The position numbers were made by a program, and so were the translations under genes. Positions 1 to 10,758 of a stretch of DNA of 64,000 nucleotides are shown here, piece after piece (the first letter of the stretch is position 1; each line of letters starts with the position of its first letter). Under the pieces are notes generated by a model. It saw nothing but the letters and a program-made list of their open reading frames with translations, searched no databases and was not told where the DNA came from. Source of the stretch: Chlamydiales bacterium (GTDB lineage: Bacteria > Chlamydiota > Chlamydiia > Chlamydiales > JAAZZY01); NCBI GenBank assembly GCA_965206695.1, contig CBDBKM010000001.1, positions 32,001 to 96,000 on the forward strand. Reading direction: 5' to 3'.

Positions 1-95
1 GAAGTTATCGTTGAAGACTGCACGGATGCAGACGACCCGCGAGTGACAGTTGCGTATCGAAGAGGAGCAGAGAGGAACGAAAAGCGCGTTAATTG

Positions 96-125
96 TTGAC
101 GGTGGCGGTGCTTGTTGGATATACT
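96..125 (+). promoter_or_regulatory. Sigma70/66-type promoter upstream of tnpB
   Basis: TTGACG (96-101), 18 bp spacer, TATACT (120-125), 25 bp before the GTG start at 151. Confidence 0.5.
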
Positions 126-150
126 AGCCGCTTAAAATAAAAAGTTTACA

Positions 151-940
151 GTGAAAGCAGTCAAACTAAGATTTTATCCTACACTCAAGCAGAGACGGCA
201 ACTTACAGAAGAATTTAGATCTTCTAAGTTTGTTTATAATTGGTCTTTAGCATACAGATCAAAATTTTATGAAAAAAAGAAAGAGTCTATTAATTGGATT
301 GGTCTATCTCGTGAAATAACTAAGCTTAAAAAAGAAAAGCCCTTTTTAAGGAAGACAACGGGAACAGTTCATTGTAATATTTTAAAGGGTCCGGAATCCG
401 GATATCAACGTTTTTTTCGTAAACAAGGAAAGTTTCCAAGGTTCAAGAGATTCAAAAGATCTTGTACCTATACACTTGACAAACGACAAACCAAAAACAT
501 CTTCCAAGATAAAAAAATATTAAAACTTCCAAAACTTGGAAAAGTTAATGTTGTATGGTCTCAAGAAGTACCTATATTTCCAAATAGCGCTACTGTATCT
601 GTAGATTCTGCTGATAGATAGTTTGTATCCTTACAGGTTGATTGTAAATGCGAAAAAGAGATTCCCTATACAATATCTGCTGTTGGAATAGATATGGGCC
701 TTCATTATTATATCATAACAAGTGAAGGTGAAAAAATAAAATCGCCTAAAATATTAAGAAAAAACTTAAGGAAACTTAAAAAGAAAAGTAGATTTTTCTC
801 TAAAAAAAAGAAGAGATCTAACAATAGATTAAAAGCACGTAAAAGGCTTGGAAAGCTTCATGCGCGAATAGCCGATAAGAGGCGAGACTTTTTGCATAAA
901 TTGAGTACGACTATTGTTAAGAAGCACCAAACGGTGGCAC
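151..940 (+). pseudogene. tnpB: TnpB (IS200/IS605 OrfB), in-frame stop, truncated by IS630
   Basis: N-terminal KLRFYPT...FVYNW, FPRFK, RuvC-I GIDMGL and RRDFLHKLST motifs; TAG at 619-621; ORFs 151-621 and 694-945 share a frame; IS630 starts at 941. Confidence 0.9.
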
Positions 941-1879
941 TATAGTCGTTTAATTTTACATTGATAAGATTGCTTGATCAATGGCGAATGTAAAATTCGT
1001 AACTTTTCGTAATATCTCTCTAACTTTATTTTTCATATTAGCCCAATATTTTTCTATAGGATTTAAGTCCGGAGAATATGGAGGAAGAAACATAAGCTTA
1101 CAACCGGCAGATTCTACTATTTTCCTGCTTTCCGCTGACTTGTGAAAACCTGCATTGTCAAGAATAAGAACACTACCGGGTGTAAGCTGAGGAGTCAAAA
1201 CTTCCTTAAGCCAAATATTGAATAACCCGGTATTACAAGTACCTTCAAAACACATTGGAGATAAAAACTGCCCTTTAGATAGGGCTGAAATAATATTTTG
1301 CCTTATAAAGCGGTTTCCTGAAACCGCTCCAAAAACTTTTTTGCCGCGTAAGCTTCTTCCGGACTCACGAAATAAAAATTGATGAATCCCGGTTTCATCG
1401 AGATAAATTCTCTTGTCAAAGGGAATATTTTTTAAATCTTTCATAAAAGCTTCCCGTTTCTTTTCATCTCTTTCCTTATAGCGAGTAGTTTTTTTTTTCG
1501 TGTAATTTTTAATCTTTTAAGGGCATAAAAAATCGTTTGCGGAGTGACTGAAAAATAATCAGCAATTTCCGATAAAAAATAATCCGGATGTTTTTCTACA
1601 TATTTAGATAACAACTCATCATCTAATTTCTTATAAGCATATTTTCTGCGGATTGGCTTTAAATGTCCTTTTTGCTTTTTTTGCAAGATCCATCGATATA
1701 TTGTTGCGATACCTACTTGAAAAATATGGCCGGCTGTTTTTTTATCATGATGTTTTTCTATATGTTGTCATACTTTCTCTCGAAGATCTACTGAATAGGC
1801 TCTAGGCATTGTTTTGTCCTTATTGTTTGTATAAAAAAAGAAGGATAACATATTATCAAATAAAAATTAAAGTACTATA
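941..1879 (-). mobile_element. IS630-family element, copy 1 (defective transposase)
   Basis: Terminal IRs TATAGTCGTTTAATTT / AAATTAAAGTACTATA with TA target; DDE ORF (YLDETG, ILDNAGFH, LPPYSPDLNPIE); A10 frameshift site near 1489-1498; TGA at 1768-1770 where copies 2 and 3 have TTA. Confidence 0.95.
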
Positions 1880-1954
1880 GCGGTAATGATAGGGACGTGT
1901 TGAAACAGGAAAAGCGCAATGAGAAAACCCGCACGATGCGGGTAGTTGAGTCAA
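1880..1954 (+). mobile_element. IS200/IS605 right end / omegaRNA 3' scaffold of the interrupted tnpB element
   Basis: Subterminal hairpin ACCCGCA-CGA-TGCGGGT (1927-1943) followed by ...GAGTCAA; lies directly after the IS630 that cuts tnpB. Confidence 0.65.
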
Positions 1955-2010
1955 TCAACGATTTCGAATGTTAGCCGCCGTCTCCGAGATAGAAGCTATT
2001 GATATGGTCG

Positions 2011-3558
2011 TTAAAATCCATGATCTCCACCAATAATCCCACCGGGATTTTCGAAGAAGTAGAAAGTTGTTAAATAGGGACTATCACTTTTGATGGTACA
2101 CCAGCCCGGAAAGTAATTAAGGAACTGTTTGATCTCCTGATCGGGTTTAAATAAATACGATCCTTGAGGAGCTAAAGATAGGTTGCGCCGGATGGTTTGA
2201 TCATCTTGTTGTCGATAGAAATTAAGCGTTAAATTAGCTTGCGTTGTCCATGTTTGTTTTTGAGAGCTATTTAATAGCCAGATAGATGATTCATTATGAT
2301 CATGACAAATAGGGGACCAGCGGAAAGCAGAGGGTTTAGATTCTAAAGAAGGGTTGGCAGGTTGCATATTAACGCAGATATTACAAGGAAGGCCTTTGGA
2401 TTCAATACCAATATCAAGACCGATTTTGATGCGGGTTGGAAGTGGAGCTCGCTCTCTTGGCCTTGCAATGAGCCGTGCTGTAAGTGTTTGATCAGTATTG
2501 ATATCAAATTCCTCAACGATCGGTTTTATTTCTAGCCGGCTCAAATTAGTCTCTGATAGGACCATAGCTGCTTCTTTAAATGCCAGTAAATGTCCCCGGG
2601 TATCTCTAATCTCAACGTCAATAAGAAGTGTTGTAGGAGATAAAATGGGATAGAAATTGACATTTGTAAAATAGTGATCGTGAACTTTTAAAGGGATCAT
2701 AAGGGTAGAAGGATAGTATTCTTTATCCGTATTTTGCCAGTAATCAGTATCAGAATCTAAGTGACTTAAGTCATAGTAAGTATGAGTCACATTTATGATA
2801 GAGTGAGAATGATTGATATTTCCGACAATTAGTCTGGGAAAGGTACCATTAGAAGCAAAATCTAATTTCATTGTACCCGGAAGATTTTTTAAGAACTTTC
2901 TTAAATCGACATGTTCAGATGGATACAGTATCGTGGTACTATAAGGCTCGGAGGAAGGAAGAAAAATTTCATAATCGAGTTGTTCTTTATAGGCATTAAA
3001 GAAACTCATTTTGCTACTTCCGGGTTCTAATTTTTTTGAGCCGTTAATCAAAGAGATAAAGGGGAGAAAATCTTCAGTAGCATAAATATTAAATCCCCCT
3101 TCAGGCACCCGGGTTTGGTTGTTTATAATGAAGTCTTCAGTATCGTTATAAATGCGTTGTGCTGAGTGAACAACAACACTTGAATTATCCCCATAGTAAT
3201 TAACAACCACTGCGGGGTATGGAAACCGCAAGTTTTGCGCAGAGAGAAATTCAATTTCGATACTACCTAAAAAGGATGCGGTATGTTTAGGTAAATAATC
3301 GATTAACTCTATTAGATATGCTTTAGGTTTATCGATAATGGACTCTTTTTGAGAAATAATCACTCCATTTTTAGAACGGAGTGTGATGCGATATTCGAGA
3401 AAAGAGATCTTATTTTTAAGATCCCAGTAATTTAGAAAGAGGAGTCTTGAGGTAAGGGTGTTACTATGAAAGACAGGGAAAATGGCAGAAGATCGATGGC
3501 AAGTTGTTGATGCTGATTGCAAAGAACGGTTTGTTAAATGAGAATAATAACTTTTCAT
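2011..3558 (-). CDS. Hypothetical protein (~515 aa)
   Basis: Long ORF; ATG at 3558 lies 2 bp after the Rieske stop; family not recognised. Confidence 0.8.
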   Translation of the reverse strand: MKSYYSHLTNRSLQSASTTCHRSSAIFPVFHSNTLTSRLLFLNYWDLKNKISFLEYRITLRSKNGVIISQKESIIDKPKAYLIELIDYLPKHTASFLGSIEIEFLSAQNLRFPYPAVVVNYYGDNSSVVVHSAQRIYNDTEDFIINNQTRVPEGGFNIYATEDFLPFISLINGSKKLEPGSSKMSFFNAYKEQLDYEIFLPSSEPYSTTILYPSEHVDLRKFLKNLPGTMKLDFASNGTFPRLIVGNINHSHSIINVTHTYYDLSHLDSDTDYWQNTDKEYYPSTLMIPLKVHDHYFTNVNFYPILSPTTLLIDVEIRDTRGHLLAFKEAAMVLSETNLSRLEIKPIVEEFDINTDQTLTARLIARPRERAPLPTRIKIGLDIGIESKGLPCNICVNMQPANPSLESKPSAFRWSPICHDHNESSIWLLNSSQKQTWTTQANLTLNFYRQQDDQTIRRNLSLAPQGSYLFKPDQEIKQFLNYFPGWCTIKSDSPYLTTFYFFENPGGIIGGDHGF

Positions 3559-3560
3559 TA

Positions 3561-3872
3561 TCAATTAGATATATCAACGTAAATATCTTCGCTTTTTAAT
3601 GTAACCGGGTAGCAAGTAGCATCTTCACCACCGGTAAGGCATTCTCCATTGGAGATATCAAAACGCCGGCCATGCCAAGGACATGTAACTTCTCTTTCTT
3701 CAATCTCACCTTCACCTAACGGACCTCCCATATGAGGACATTCCGCATTAAGAGCAAAGATCTTACCATCCAAATTAAATAAGGCTATTTCATTTCCATT
3801 TGGTCCTTGTACCGTAATGGCCGAACCCAAAGGAATATCTGATTTGACAGCTAACTTGATTAACATAATCAT
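3561..3872 (-). CDS. Rieske [2Fe-2S] ferredoxin
   Basis: CPH-x16-CPWH Rieske motifs; exact start uncertain (3866/3872). Confidence 0.9.
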   Translation of the reverse strand: MIMLIKLAVKSDIPLGSAITVQGPNGNEIALFNLDGKIFALNAECPHMGGPLGEGEIEEREVTCPWHGRRFDISNGECLTGGEDATCYPVTLKSEDIYVDISN

Positions 3873-4207
3873 CCGGAAATAAATATTTGTCAAAAGTATA
3901 CGTTTAAAGATAGAAATTGCTCAAGTAATTCCTATATAAATCTTACCTTAATAAGGTGTATTTTTCTGGAAAAGATCTAAGCGTTTACTTATTATACCTT
4001 TTAGTAAAGTGCCGAGGATGTTCGCTTAGAAGAGCCTCTTACTTTGAATTGTGTTTTAAACCGGAAAAATTGACTAATTAATTTTTTTGATCATAAAAAT
4101 ACGATAAGCTAAAGTTTTTGGTGTCTTATTTTGCCGAAAAGAAATTTTAATTATATAAGAATGCGTTATCAATAGTTGTCCCGTTTAGGAAAGGATCTGG
4201 TTGTCAT

Positions 4208-5755
4208 ATGCAAGAAATACTTTTGAATATAGAATCGAAAGAAATCCGTTGTGCTCATTTAAAAAATGGACACCTACATGATCTTATTGTCGAAAGAAAA
4301 AAAGAAAGGCAACTTACAGGTAATATTTACCGGGGACGAGTAACCAATATTTTACATAATATTCAGTCTGCTTTTATCGATATTAATGAAGGTGAAAATG
4401 GTTTTATTCATATCTCAGATATTTTGGAGAATATAAAAAAATTCGAAGAAATTTTTGATATGGATTTTGATATTGATGAAGGGAGCTCTTCAAAAACGTC
4501 AGGAAAGAAAGGTAAGGAAAAAAATAAAGATATTGAACAGGTAATGAAAATTGATCAACCGGTTCTAGTGCAAGTGATAAAAGAACCAATTGGTACAAAA
4601 GGGGCTCGCCTAACATCAAAGATTTCTATTGCCGGTAGATATCTTGTTTTACTGCCTAATGCTCCCTTAAGGGGAGTTTCTAGAAAGATCGAGGATTTTC
4701 ATGAAAGAGATAAGCTTAAAAAGTTGATTAGAGCTTTTGAAATGCCACAAGACATGGGCCTTATTTGTCGTACGGCTAGCCGCTATGCTTCTCAAGAGAT
4801 GTTGATTGCAGAGGCCAATGATTTATTAAAAAGCTGGCAAGAAATAATGGAGAAGTTTAATCAATCAGATAAACCGACATGCTTATATCAAGAATCGGAT
4901 CTTATAAAAAGAGCGGTTATGACAGCTGTAGATAAACGGTTCGCTCGCCTACTTGTTGACGATTATTCTACATTTCAAAAATGCAAACGCATTTATCACA
5001 AATATTCGCAAGAGCATAATTTAAAGATCGAATTGTATAGAGACAAAGTGCCAATGTATGAGCGCTTTGCAGTTGAAAGAGAGATAGATAAAGCATTATG
5101 TCGCAAAATCTGGTTACCTGGTGGAGGATATCTTTTCTTCGAATACACTGAGGCTATGATTACAATTGATGTCAACTCCGGAAGAAGTACAAATAGTGAT
5201 TCCAACTTAGAAGAGACGCTTGTACGCATTAATATGGAAGCTGCTGAAGAAATAGCTCGTCAACTTAGGCTTCGTAATACCGGCGGATTGGTGATCTGTG
5301 ATTTCATTGACATGCGGACTAGAAAAAATCAAAGAAGGGTCTTAGAGTGCCTTAGAGAATCTATGAAAGAAGATGCTGCTAAATGTACTATTTTAGGCAT
5401 GAGTGAGTTTGGTCTGGTTGAAATGACTCGTCAGCGTAGTCGTGAATCATTAATGCAAACAATGTTTAATGGGTGTCCTTACTGTAATGGTAGTGGAAGA
5501 ATAAAAAATTTTGAATCGATCTCAATTGAAATTGAGCGGTCGTTAAAAAAAATAATCGAAGTTGATCAACAGTTTGCTTTGCGACTAGTGACACATCCTC
5601 AAGTAGATCACTATTTAAATGTGATTGATAAGCATTTTTTACAGAAAACAGCTGAAAAAATGCAAGCCCGATTAGAATTTGATTTAGATGATGCTCTCCA
5701 TCTCAATGAATTCAAATTTTTTTCGACAATAAATGGCAAAATATTTGAAGTTTAA
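4208..5755 (+). CDS. rng: Ribonuclease E/G family (CafA)
   Basis: GNIYRGRV S1 domain, IDVNSG, GGLVICDFIDM, CPYCNG. Confidence 0.95.
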   Translation: MQEILLNIESKEIRCAHLKNGHLHDLIVERKKERQLTGNIYRGRVTNILHNIQSAFIDINEGENGFIHISDILENIKKFEEIFDMDFDIDEGSSSKTSGKKGKEKNKDIEQVMKIDQPVLVQVIKEPIGTKGARLTSKISIAGRYLVLLPNAPLRGVSRKIEDFHERDKLKKLIRAFEMPQDMGLICRTASRYASQEMLIAEANDLLKSWQEIMEKFNQSDKPTCLYQESDLIKRAVMTAVDKRFARLLVDDYSTFQKCKRIYHKYSQEHNLKIELYRDKVPMYERFAVEREIDKALCRKIWLPGGGYLFFEYTEAMITIDVNSGRSTNSDSNLEETLVRINMEAAEEIARQLRLRNTGGLVICDFIDMRTRKNQRRVLECLRESMKEDAAKCTILGMSEFGLVEMTRQRSRESLMQTMFNGCPYCNGSGRIKNFESISIEIERSLKKIIEVDQQFALRLVTHPQVDHYLNVIDKHFLQKTAEKMQARLEFDLDDALHLNEFKFFSTINGKIFEV

Positions 5756-5775
5756 TTAACGATATTAAGCATATT

Positions 5776-6798
5776 ATGGAAGAATTTTATTCTAAAATAG
5801 ACGGATATTATCAAGAAGGAGTGCTCGATAAACACCATACACAGGTTTTAAAAAAGTTTTTCTGCAGTTATGAAGCAGCTCTAGCTTTTCATGGGATTGA
5901 TGTTACATGCTCTATCCTTGATACTTTTTATAAATATTTAGATTTACTTGTTTTGAATTTGAAATCACCTTTTGTTTTTGAGCCCTATCATCAAAGGATT
6001 TTAAAACCTATCAACTATCATCAGTTTGGTCTAGAGTTTTTTCGTCCTTTAATTGAAAAAAAATCATCTGAGTATGTTGGCGCTAAAAATATTGAGAAAA
6101 TGATTAAGCAAATAGAAAATGGAGAAAACGTCATTTTATTTGCTAATCACCAAACGGAAAGCGACCCTCAAGCTATCAATTTATTGTGTGAAGATTCATT
6201 TTCTGATTTTGCAGCCAATATGATCTTTGTTGCAGGAGAAAGAGTGACTGCAGATCCTCTTGCTATTCCTTTTAGTAAGGGATGTAATCTAATATGTATC
6301 TATTCAAAAAAGCATATTAATAATCCTCCGGAATTAAAACAGAAAAAACAAATGCATAACAAGCGTACCATGCAGATGATGAGTACACTTTTAGGTCAAG
6401 GGGGCAAATGCATTTATGTAGCTCCCAGTGGTGGAAGAGATAGGCCAAATGAAGAGGGTGAATTTGAAGTCACTCCCTTTGACCCTCAAAGCATTGAAAT
6501 GTTTTACTTGATGGCAAAACGGTCAGGAATACCTACTTATTTTTATACTTTGTCATTATTAACTTATAATCTTTTCCCGCCACCTGATACAGTGGAAATT
6601 GAATTAGGCGAAAAACGAACGGCCAAACGTGTAGGCATTTATGCTTATTTTAGTGAGGAATATGATATGGATGCTTTTCCGGGTTGTGATCCAACCAACA
6701 AATTAAATCAGCGTCATGCTCGTGGAGAGTATTTGTGGAAACAAGTCAATGATCATTATCAAACATTAAAAGAGATCGCTATGAAGTATGTATCTTAA
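5776..6798 (+). CDS. plsB: Glycerol-3-phosphate acyltransferase (chlamydial/plastid type)
   Basis: NHQTESDP (HxxxxD) and APSGGRDRP motifs; cafA-plsB-ptr order as in Chlamydia. Confidence 0.9.
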   Translation: MEEFYSKIDGYYQEGVLDKHHTQVLKKFFCSYEAALAFHGIDVTCSILDTFYKYLDLLVLNLKSPFVFEPYHQRILKPINYHQFGLEFFRPLIEKKSSEYVGAKNIEKMIKQIENGENVILFANHQTESDPQAINLLCEDSFSDFAANMIFVAGERVTADPLAIPFSKGCNLICIYSKKHINNPPELKQKKQMHNKRTMQMMSTLLGQGGKCIYVAPSGGRDRPNEEGEFEVTPFDPQSIEMFYLMAKRSGIPTYFYTLSLLTYNLFPPPDTVEIELGEKRTAKRVGIYAYFSEEYDMDAFPGCDPTNKLNQRHARGEYLWKQVNDHYQTLKEIAMKYVS

Positions 6799-6809
6799 AA
6801 GGGAGAAAA

Positions 6810-9764
6810 ATGAGATCTATGAAAACAACTTTTGCTATGGCAGCTATTTTGAATATGGTTTTAGCTTCCACTCTTTTTGCTAAAGCACGAGCTTCCTCTG
6901 ATTATACCACGATAGAAAATAAGGCAAAAGTTGAGATCTTAACTCCTTCTTTGTCAAATATTGAACGAAAGAAAATACAATTAAATAATGGCTTAAAAGT
7001 CTATCTTGTTTCCGATCCTAGCGCAGATAAATCCGGTGTAGCCTTGTCAGTTGAAGTAGGTTTTTGGGAAGATCCAAAGAATCATGCCGGCATGGCTCAT
7101 TTTTTAGAGCACATGCTTTTTTTAGGAACAGAAAAGTATCCTGAAGAGGGTGCATTTCAGAAGTATGTTGGTGAAAATAGTGGTATGGCAAATGCTTCGA
7201 CTTCAAGCAATCGAACTGTTTACGAATTTCAAATTAATAACGAGGCTTTTGCGGTTGGGTTAGATCGATTTTCACAATTTTTTATTCACCCTCTTTTCAA
7301 TCCTTCCGGAGTCGATCGTGAGATGCATGCTGTGGATCAAGAGCTGGCATCTATAGCTGAAAATGATAACATAAGATTATATGCGGTTACTTTAGCATTA
7401 GGAAATCCAAGTCATCCTAACTCAACCTTTGGTTGCGGTAATCTTCAAACTTTATCTGAAATTACTCAAAAAGAACTTATTGAGTGGTATAAGAAGTATT
7501 ACAGCGCGAACATCATGAATTTATCCGTCTATTCGAACTTACCGATGAGTCAGTTGGTTGCAATGGTTGTTAAGGATTTCGCTTTAATTCCTAATAGGCA
7601 TGTTACCGTTCCTCAATGGAAAGAACCCCTCACCAATAGCAAAAATGCCGGCGATATGGTCTATATATCCCCGGTTAAAGATATAAGACGCTTGTTTATG
7701 CTGTGGGAATTATCACCCGAATTTGCTCATGATATGGATTACCATACAACTCAACTCGTCGGCTTCCTTTTAAGGAATCAAGATACGAATAGCTTGTATA
7801 CCCTTTTGAAAGAAAAAGGGTTAATTAATGACCTCAATGCATGGGGAGAAGAAATACATTTTGCTCATGCTCTGTTCTTTTTGGAAATAGATCTTACGGA
7901 TAAAGGAGTCAAAGAAGTTGATAGGGTTATTGAGTATTGTTATCAGGCTATTAATACGATTAAAGACAAAAACATTCCTAATTATCTAAGCCAAGAATTA
8001 AAAGAGATGGCAATGGTTCATTATGAATATCAATCTAGAAAAAATGTATTCAACCAAGTTCAAAAAAGTGCGATTGAAATGATATATGAGGATTTGTCAA
8101 CGTATCCTGAAAAATCCGGATGGGCAACAAAATTCGATTCTAAAAGAGCAAATACATTACTAAATGAGCTGGTTCCTAATAAATGCCTGTATCTCCTGAA
8201 CGCTAGGCCGGAATTGACAAACGTTGAGCCTGATCGTGAAGAAAAGTGGACTCATGCTCCTTATAAGGTTAAATCAATACCTAAAGCCCGGCTTTTAGCT
8301 TGGTCTGAAGCTCCGAAAAATTCACATATCATGATACCGCGAAGAAACCCATTTATTCCCGAGAATCTAAAGCCGGTCAATCATGTCGTTTTTGATAATA
8401 AACAACCGATACCACAATTATTGGTGCATAATGATTTTGCTCAAGTATACTATGTTCCGGATAATAATTTTGGTGTTCCGGAGATTGACTGGAAGATGTA
8501 TTTAAATACTCCATCCTTTAGGTCTAGCCCTCAACAAAAGGTTCTCATTGATCTATATATCACAAGTGTTAATGAGGGATTAACATCTTATGCCTATATG
8601 GCAAGTGTTGCGGGGATGAATTATTCACTTACTGCAGATCCGGAGTTAGGTTTAAAATTAAGTATAACAGGCTATAGTGAAAAGGCGCCCCTTTTTCTTA
8701 AAGAAATTCTGAGCGTTTTAAAGTCCGTTCATCCTACGGAAGAAGAATTTAAAATTTATAAAACTCTTTTATCTAAAAGGTATGCTAATGCGCTTAAAGA
8801 AACCCCTGTTAGGCAAGCTCTTGATATTGTAAGCAATATTCTTTATAAGGACCTTGTTTCACCTGCAGATAAATTCTCGGTTATTCAAGATATAAAATAT
8901 GCTGATCTGCTGGATTTCATTAACCAAGCGTATGATGAGTTATATATAAGAGGTTTATTATATGGCAATATTACTGAAAAAGAGGCCAAATGTGTGTTTG
9001 ATGAGGTCGACCATACTTTCTTAGATTCGAATGTCTATCCCATCGGCAGGCAACCGATGAGAGGAATTATCGACTTAGCACAAGAAACAAAGCCTCAATC
9101 TATTACAAAAACGATTGATTTAAATGGTAATGCAACAGTATTGCTGATTGGTGAAGGCTCATTTTCATTTGAAAAAAGAGCAGCTCAACAAATTATGCAG
9201 AAAGCTATTAAAAGCCCTTTTTTTGATACTTTAAGAACTAAACAGCAAACAGGATATGCTGTTTTTAGCACTAGCCTAGAATCAGAAAGACAATTATTTA
9301 GTTATTTTGCTGTTCAATCTAATACACATTCTCCAAGAGATCTTTTGTCTCGTTTCGAATTATTCAATGAAGAATTTATACAAGAACTCAATTCTAAAGA
9401 ATTTACCGCTAAAGAATTTGAAGGTATCAAGAAGGCTGAAATCATTGATTTAAGACAACCGCCTAAGAATTTGTATGAGATGGCAGGTAGATTGGCTCTG
9501 TTAGCTTTTTATTATGGTGCAGATTTTGAATGGATAAATAAGCGCATTCAAGGACTAGAAGCATTAACTTATTCCGAATATATCGATTTTGTAAATAAGT
9601 ATTTAAATCGTGATAATATGATGCGTATCTCTATACTTATAGAAGGGGAGAAGTCGGATCAAAATCGTCTTAATTACAATGAAAGCAATGACATTGACAA
9701 GCTCAGAGAAGATAGTGTTTATACCACAAGGGATGCGGTTCAATACACATTTGTAGAGCACTAA
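6810..9764 (+). CDS. ptr: Secreted insulinase-family (M16) protease III
   Basis: HFLEH zinc motif, LRTKQQTGY, signal-peptide-like N-terminus. Confidence 0.9.
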   Translation: MRSMKTTFAMAAILNMVLASTLFAKARASSDYTTIENKAKVEILTPSLSNIERKKIQLNNGLKVYLVSDPSADKSGVALSVEVGFWEDPKNHAGMAHFLEHMLFLGTEKYPEEGAFQKYVGENSGMANASTSSNRTVYEFQINNEAFAVGLDRFSQFFIHPLFNPSGVDREMHAVDQELASIAENDNIRLYAVTLALGNPSHPNSTFGCGNLQTLSEITQKELIEWYKKYYSANIMNLSVYSNLPMSQLVAMVVKDFALIPNRHVTVPQWKEPLTNSKNAGDMVYISPVKDIRRLFMLWELSPEFAHDMDYHTTQLVGFLLRNQDTNSLYTLLKEKGLINDLNAWGEEIHFAHALFFLEIDLTDKGVKEVDRVIEYCYQAINTIKDKNIPNYLSQELKEMAMVHYEYQSRKNVFNQVQKSAIEMIYEDLSTYPEKSGWATKFDSKRANTLLNELVPNKCLYLLNARPELTNVEPDREEKWTHAPYKVKSIPKARLLAWSEAPKNSHIMIPRRNPFIPENLKPVNHVVFDNKQPIPQLLVHNDFAQVYYVPDNNFGVPEIDWKMYLNTPSFRSSPQQKVLIDLYITSVNEGLTSYAYMASVAGMNYSLTADPELGLKLSITGYSEKAPLFLKEILSVLKSVHPTEEEFKIYKTLLSKRYANALKETPVRQALDIVSNILYKDLVSPADKFSVIQDIKYADLLDFINQAYDELYIRGLLYGNITEKEAKCVFDEVDHTFLDSNVYPIGRQPMRGIIDLAQETKPQSITKTIDLNGNATVLLIGEGSFSFEKRAAQQIMQKAIKSPFFDTLRTKQQTGYAVFSTSLESERQLFSYFAVQSNTHSPRDLLSRFELFNEEFIQELNSKEFTAKEFEGIKKAEIIDLRQPPKNLYEMAGRLALLAFYYGADFEWINKRIQGLEALTYSEYIDFVNKYLNRDNMMRISILIEGEKSDQNRLNYNESNDIDKLREDSVYTTRDAVQYTFVEH

Positions 9765-9778
9765 TTTTTGTCTGAATC

Positions 9779-10690
9779 TTATGATTCATTTGGTTGGTGT
9801 TTTAAATAGAGGCGTTTTTTTCTTAGATGTTTCAACGCTCTAAGTAAAAATAAAAATGGTAGTTGCCGCCACTTGAATGGATGCCGAACGATATAACGTT
9901 TAGCATAATCTAAATTTAAGATGGGATCTGCATAGAAAAAAAGTTTTCTGATATCAGAGTATTTCTGTTCGTTTATCAAGTGAAATACTGTTTTTAATAC
10001 CATCTTCTGTTTTTTATAAGTTCTTTTTGCACTATACGAATCATGACTAATTCTAAGATGCGCTAAATGTTTTGGAATATATGTTAGCCCATAACGTAAG
10101 GCAATAAAGATGCTAAGAAAGTAATCAGAATGCCATTCTAATTCAAGCATATACTGACCACATTCTATTATTTTATCACGTTGAAAAAAAGATGAGTGTC
10201 CGGGTATCCAAAATAAGTTCTCTCTCATTAAAGTAGCCACTTTCTTTGGAGATAAAAATTGATCTGTACGATCTTCAATAAGAGGCGTGTGAAATGCGTC
10301 ATTGGATTCATCTGTAAAAAAAGAAGGATCGGAAGTTACGATAGCTGATCGAGGAAATTTTAATATTCCTTTAAGCATTATCTCGCAGTAATTTGGGCTC
10401 CATTTATCATCGGAAGCGATAAAGGCCAGGTATTTTCCTTGCGCTACTGTTATTCCAAAGTTTACTTGCTTAACTGTTCCGCTATTTACCTTTTTTTCAT
10501 ATAAATGAATGAAAGAGTACTTCTCGGAATAGGATTTAATAATTTCAATACTCTTATCAGTGGAAGCATCATCGATAATAAGCAGTTCATATGGTACTTC
10601 AGATTGGTTAACGATAGAATCAATAGCTTCTTGAATATAATGTGCGTAATTATAATTAGGCATAATAACGGAAAGAGTAGGGTATTTCAT
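9779..10690 (-). CDS. Glycosyltransferase family 2
   Basis: SVIMPNYN, IIDDASTD, ASDD motifs. Confidence 0.9.
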   Translation of the reverse strand: MKYPTLSVIMPNYNYAHYIQEAIDSIVNQSEVPYELLIIDDASTDKSIEIIKSYSEKYSFIHLYEKKVNSGTVKQVNFGITVAQGKYLAFIASDDKWSPNYCEIMLKGILKFPRSAIVTSDPSFFTDESNDAFHTPLIEDRTDQFLSPKKVATLMRENLFWIPGHSSFFQRDKIIECGQYMLELEWHSDYFLSIFIALRYGLTYIPKHLAHLRISHDSYSAKRTYKKQKMVLKTVFHLINEQKYSDIRKLFFYADPILNLDYAKRYIVRHPFKWRQLPFLFLLRALKHLRKKRLYLKHQPNES

Positions 10691-10758
10691 TTTTCTGAGA
10701 TAAATTTAGTTATATTTTTTTTATTAGAGCGCTTAACAACATAAAAGATTAAAACGGA

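Noticed and set aside
1..99. GC-richer open frame at the window start
   Set aside because: Too short and truncated to identify
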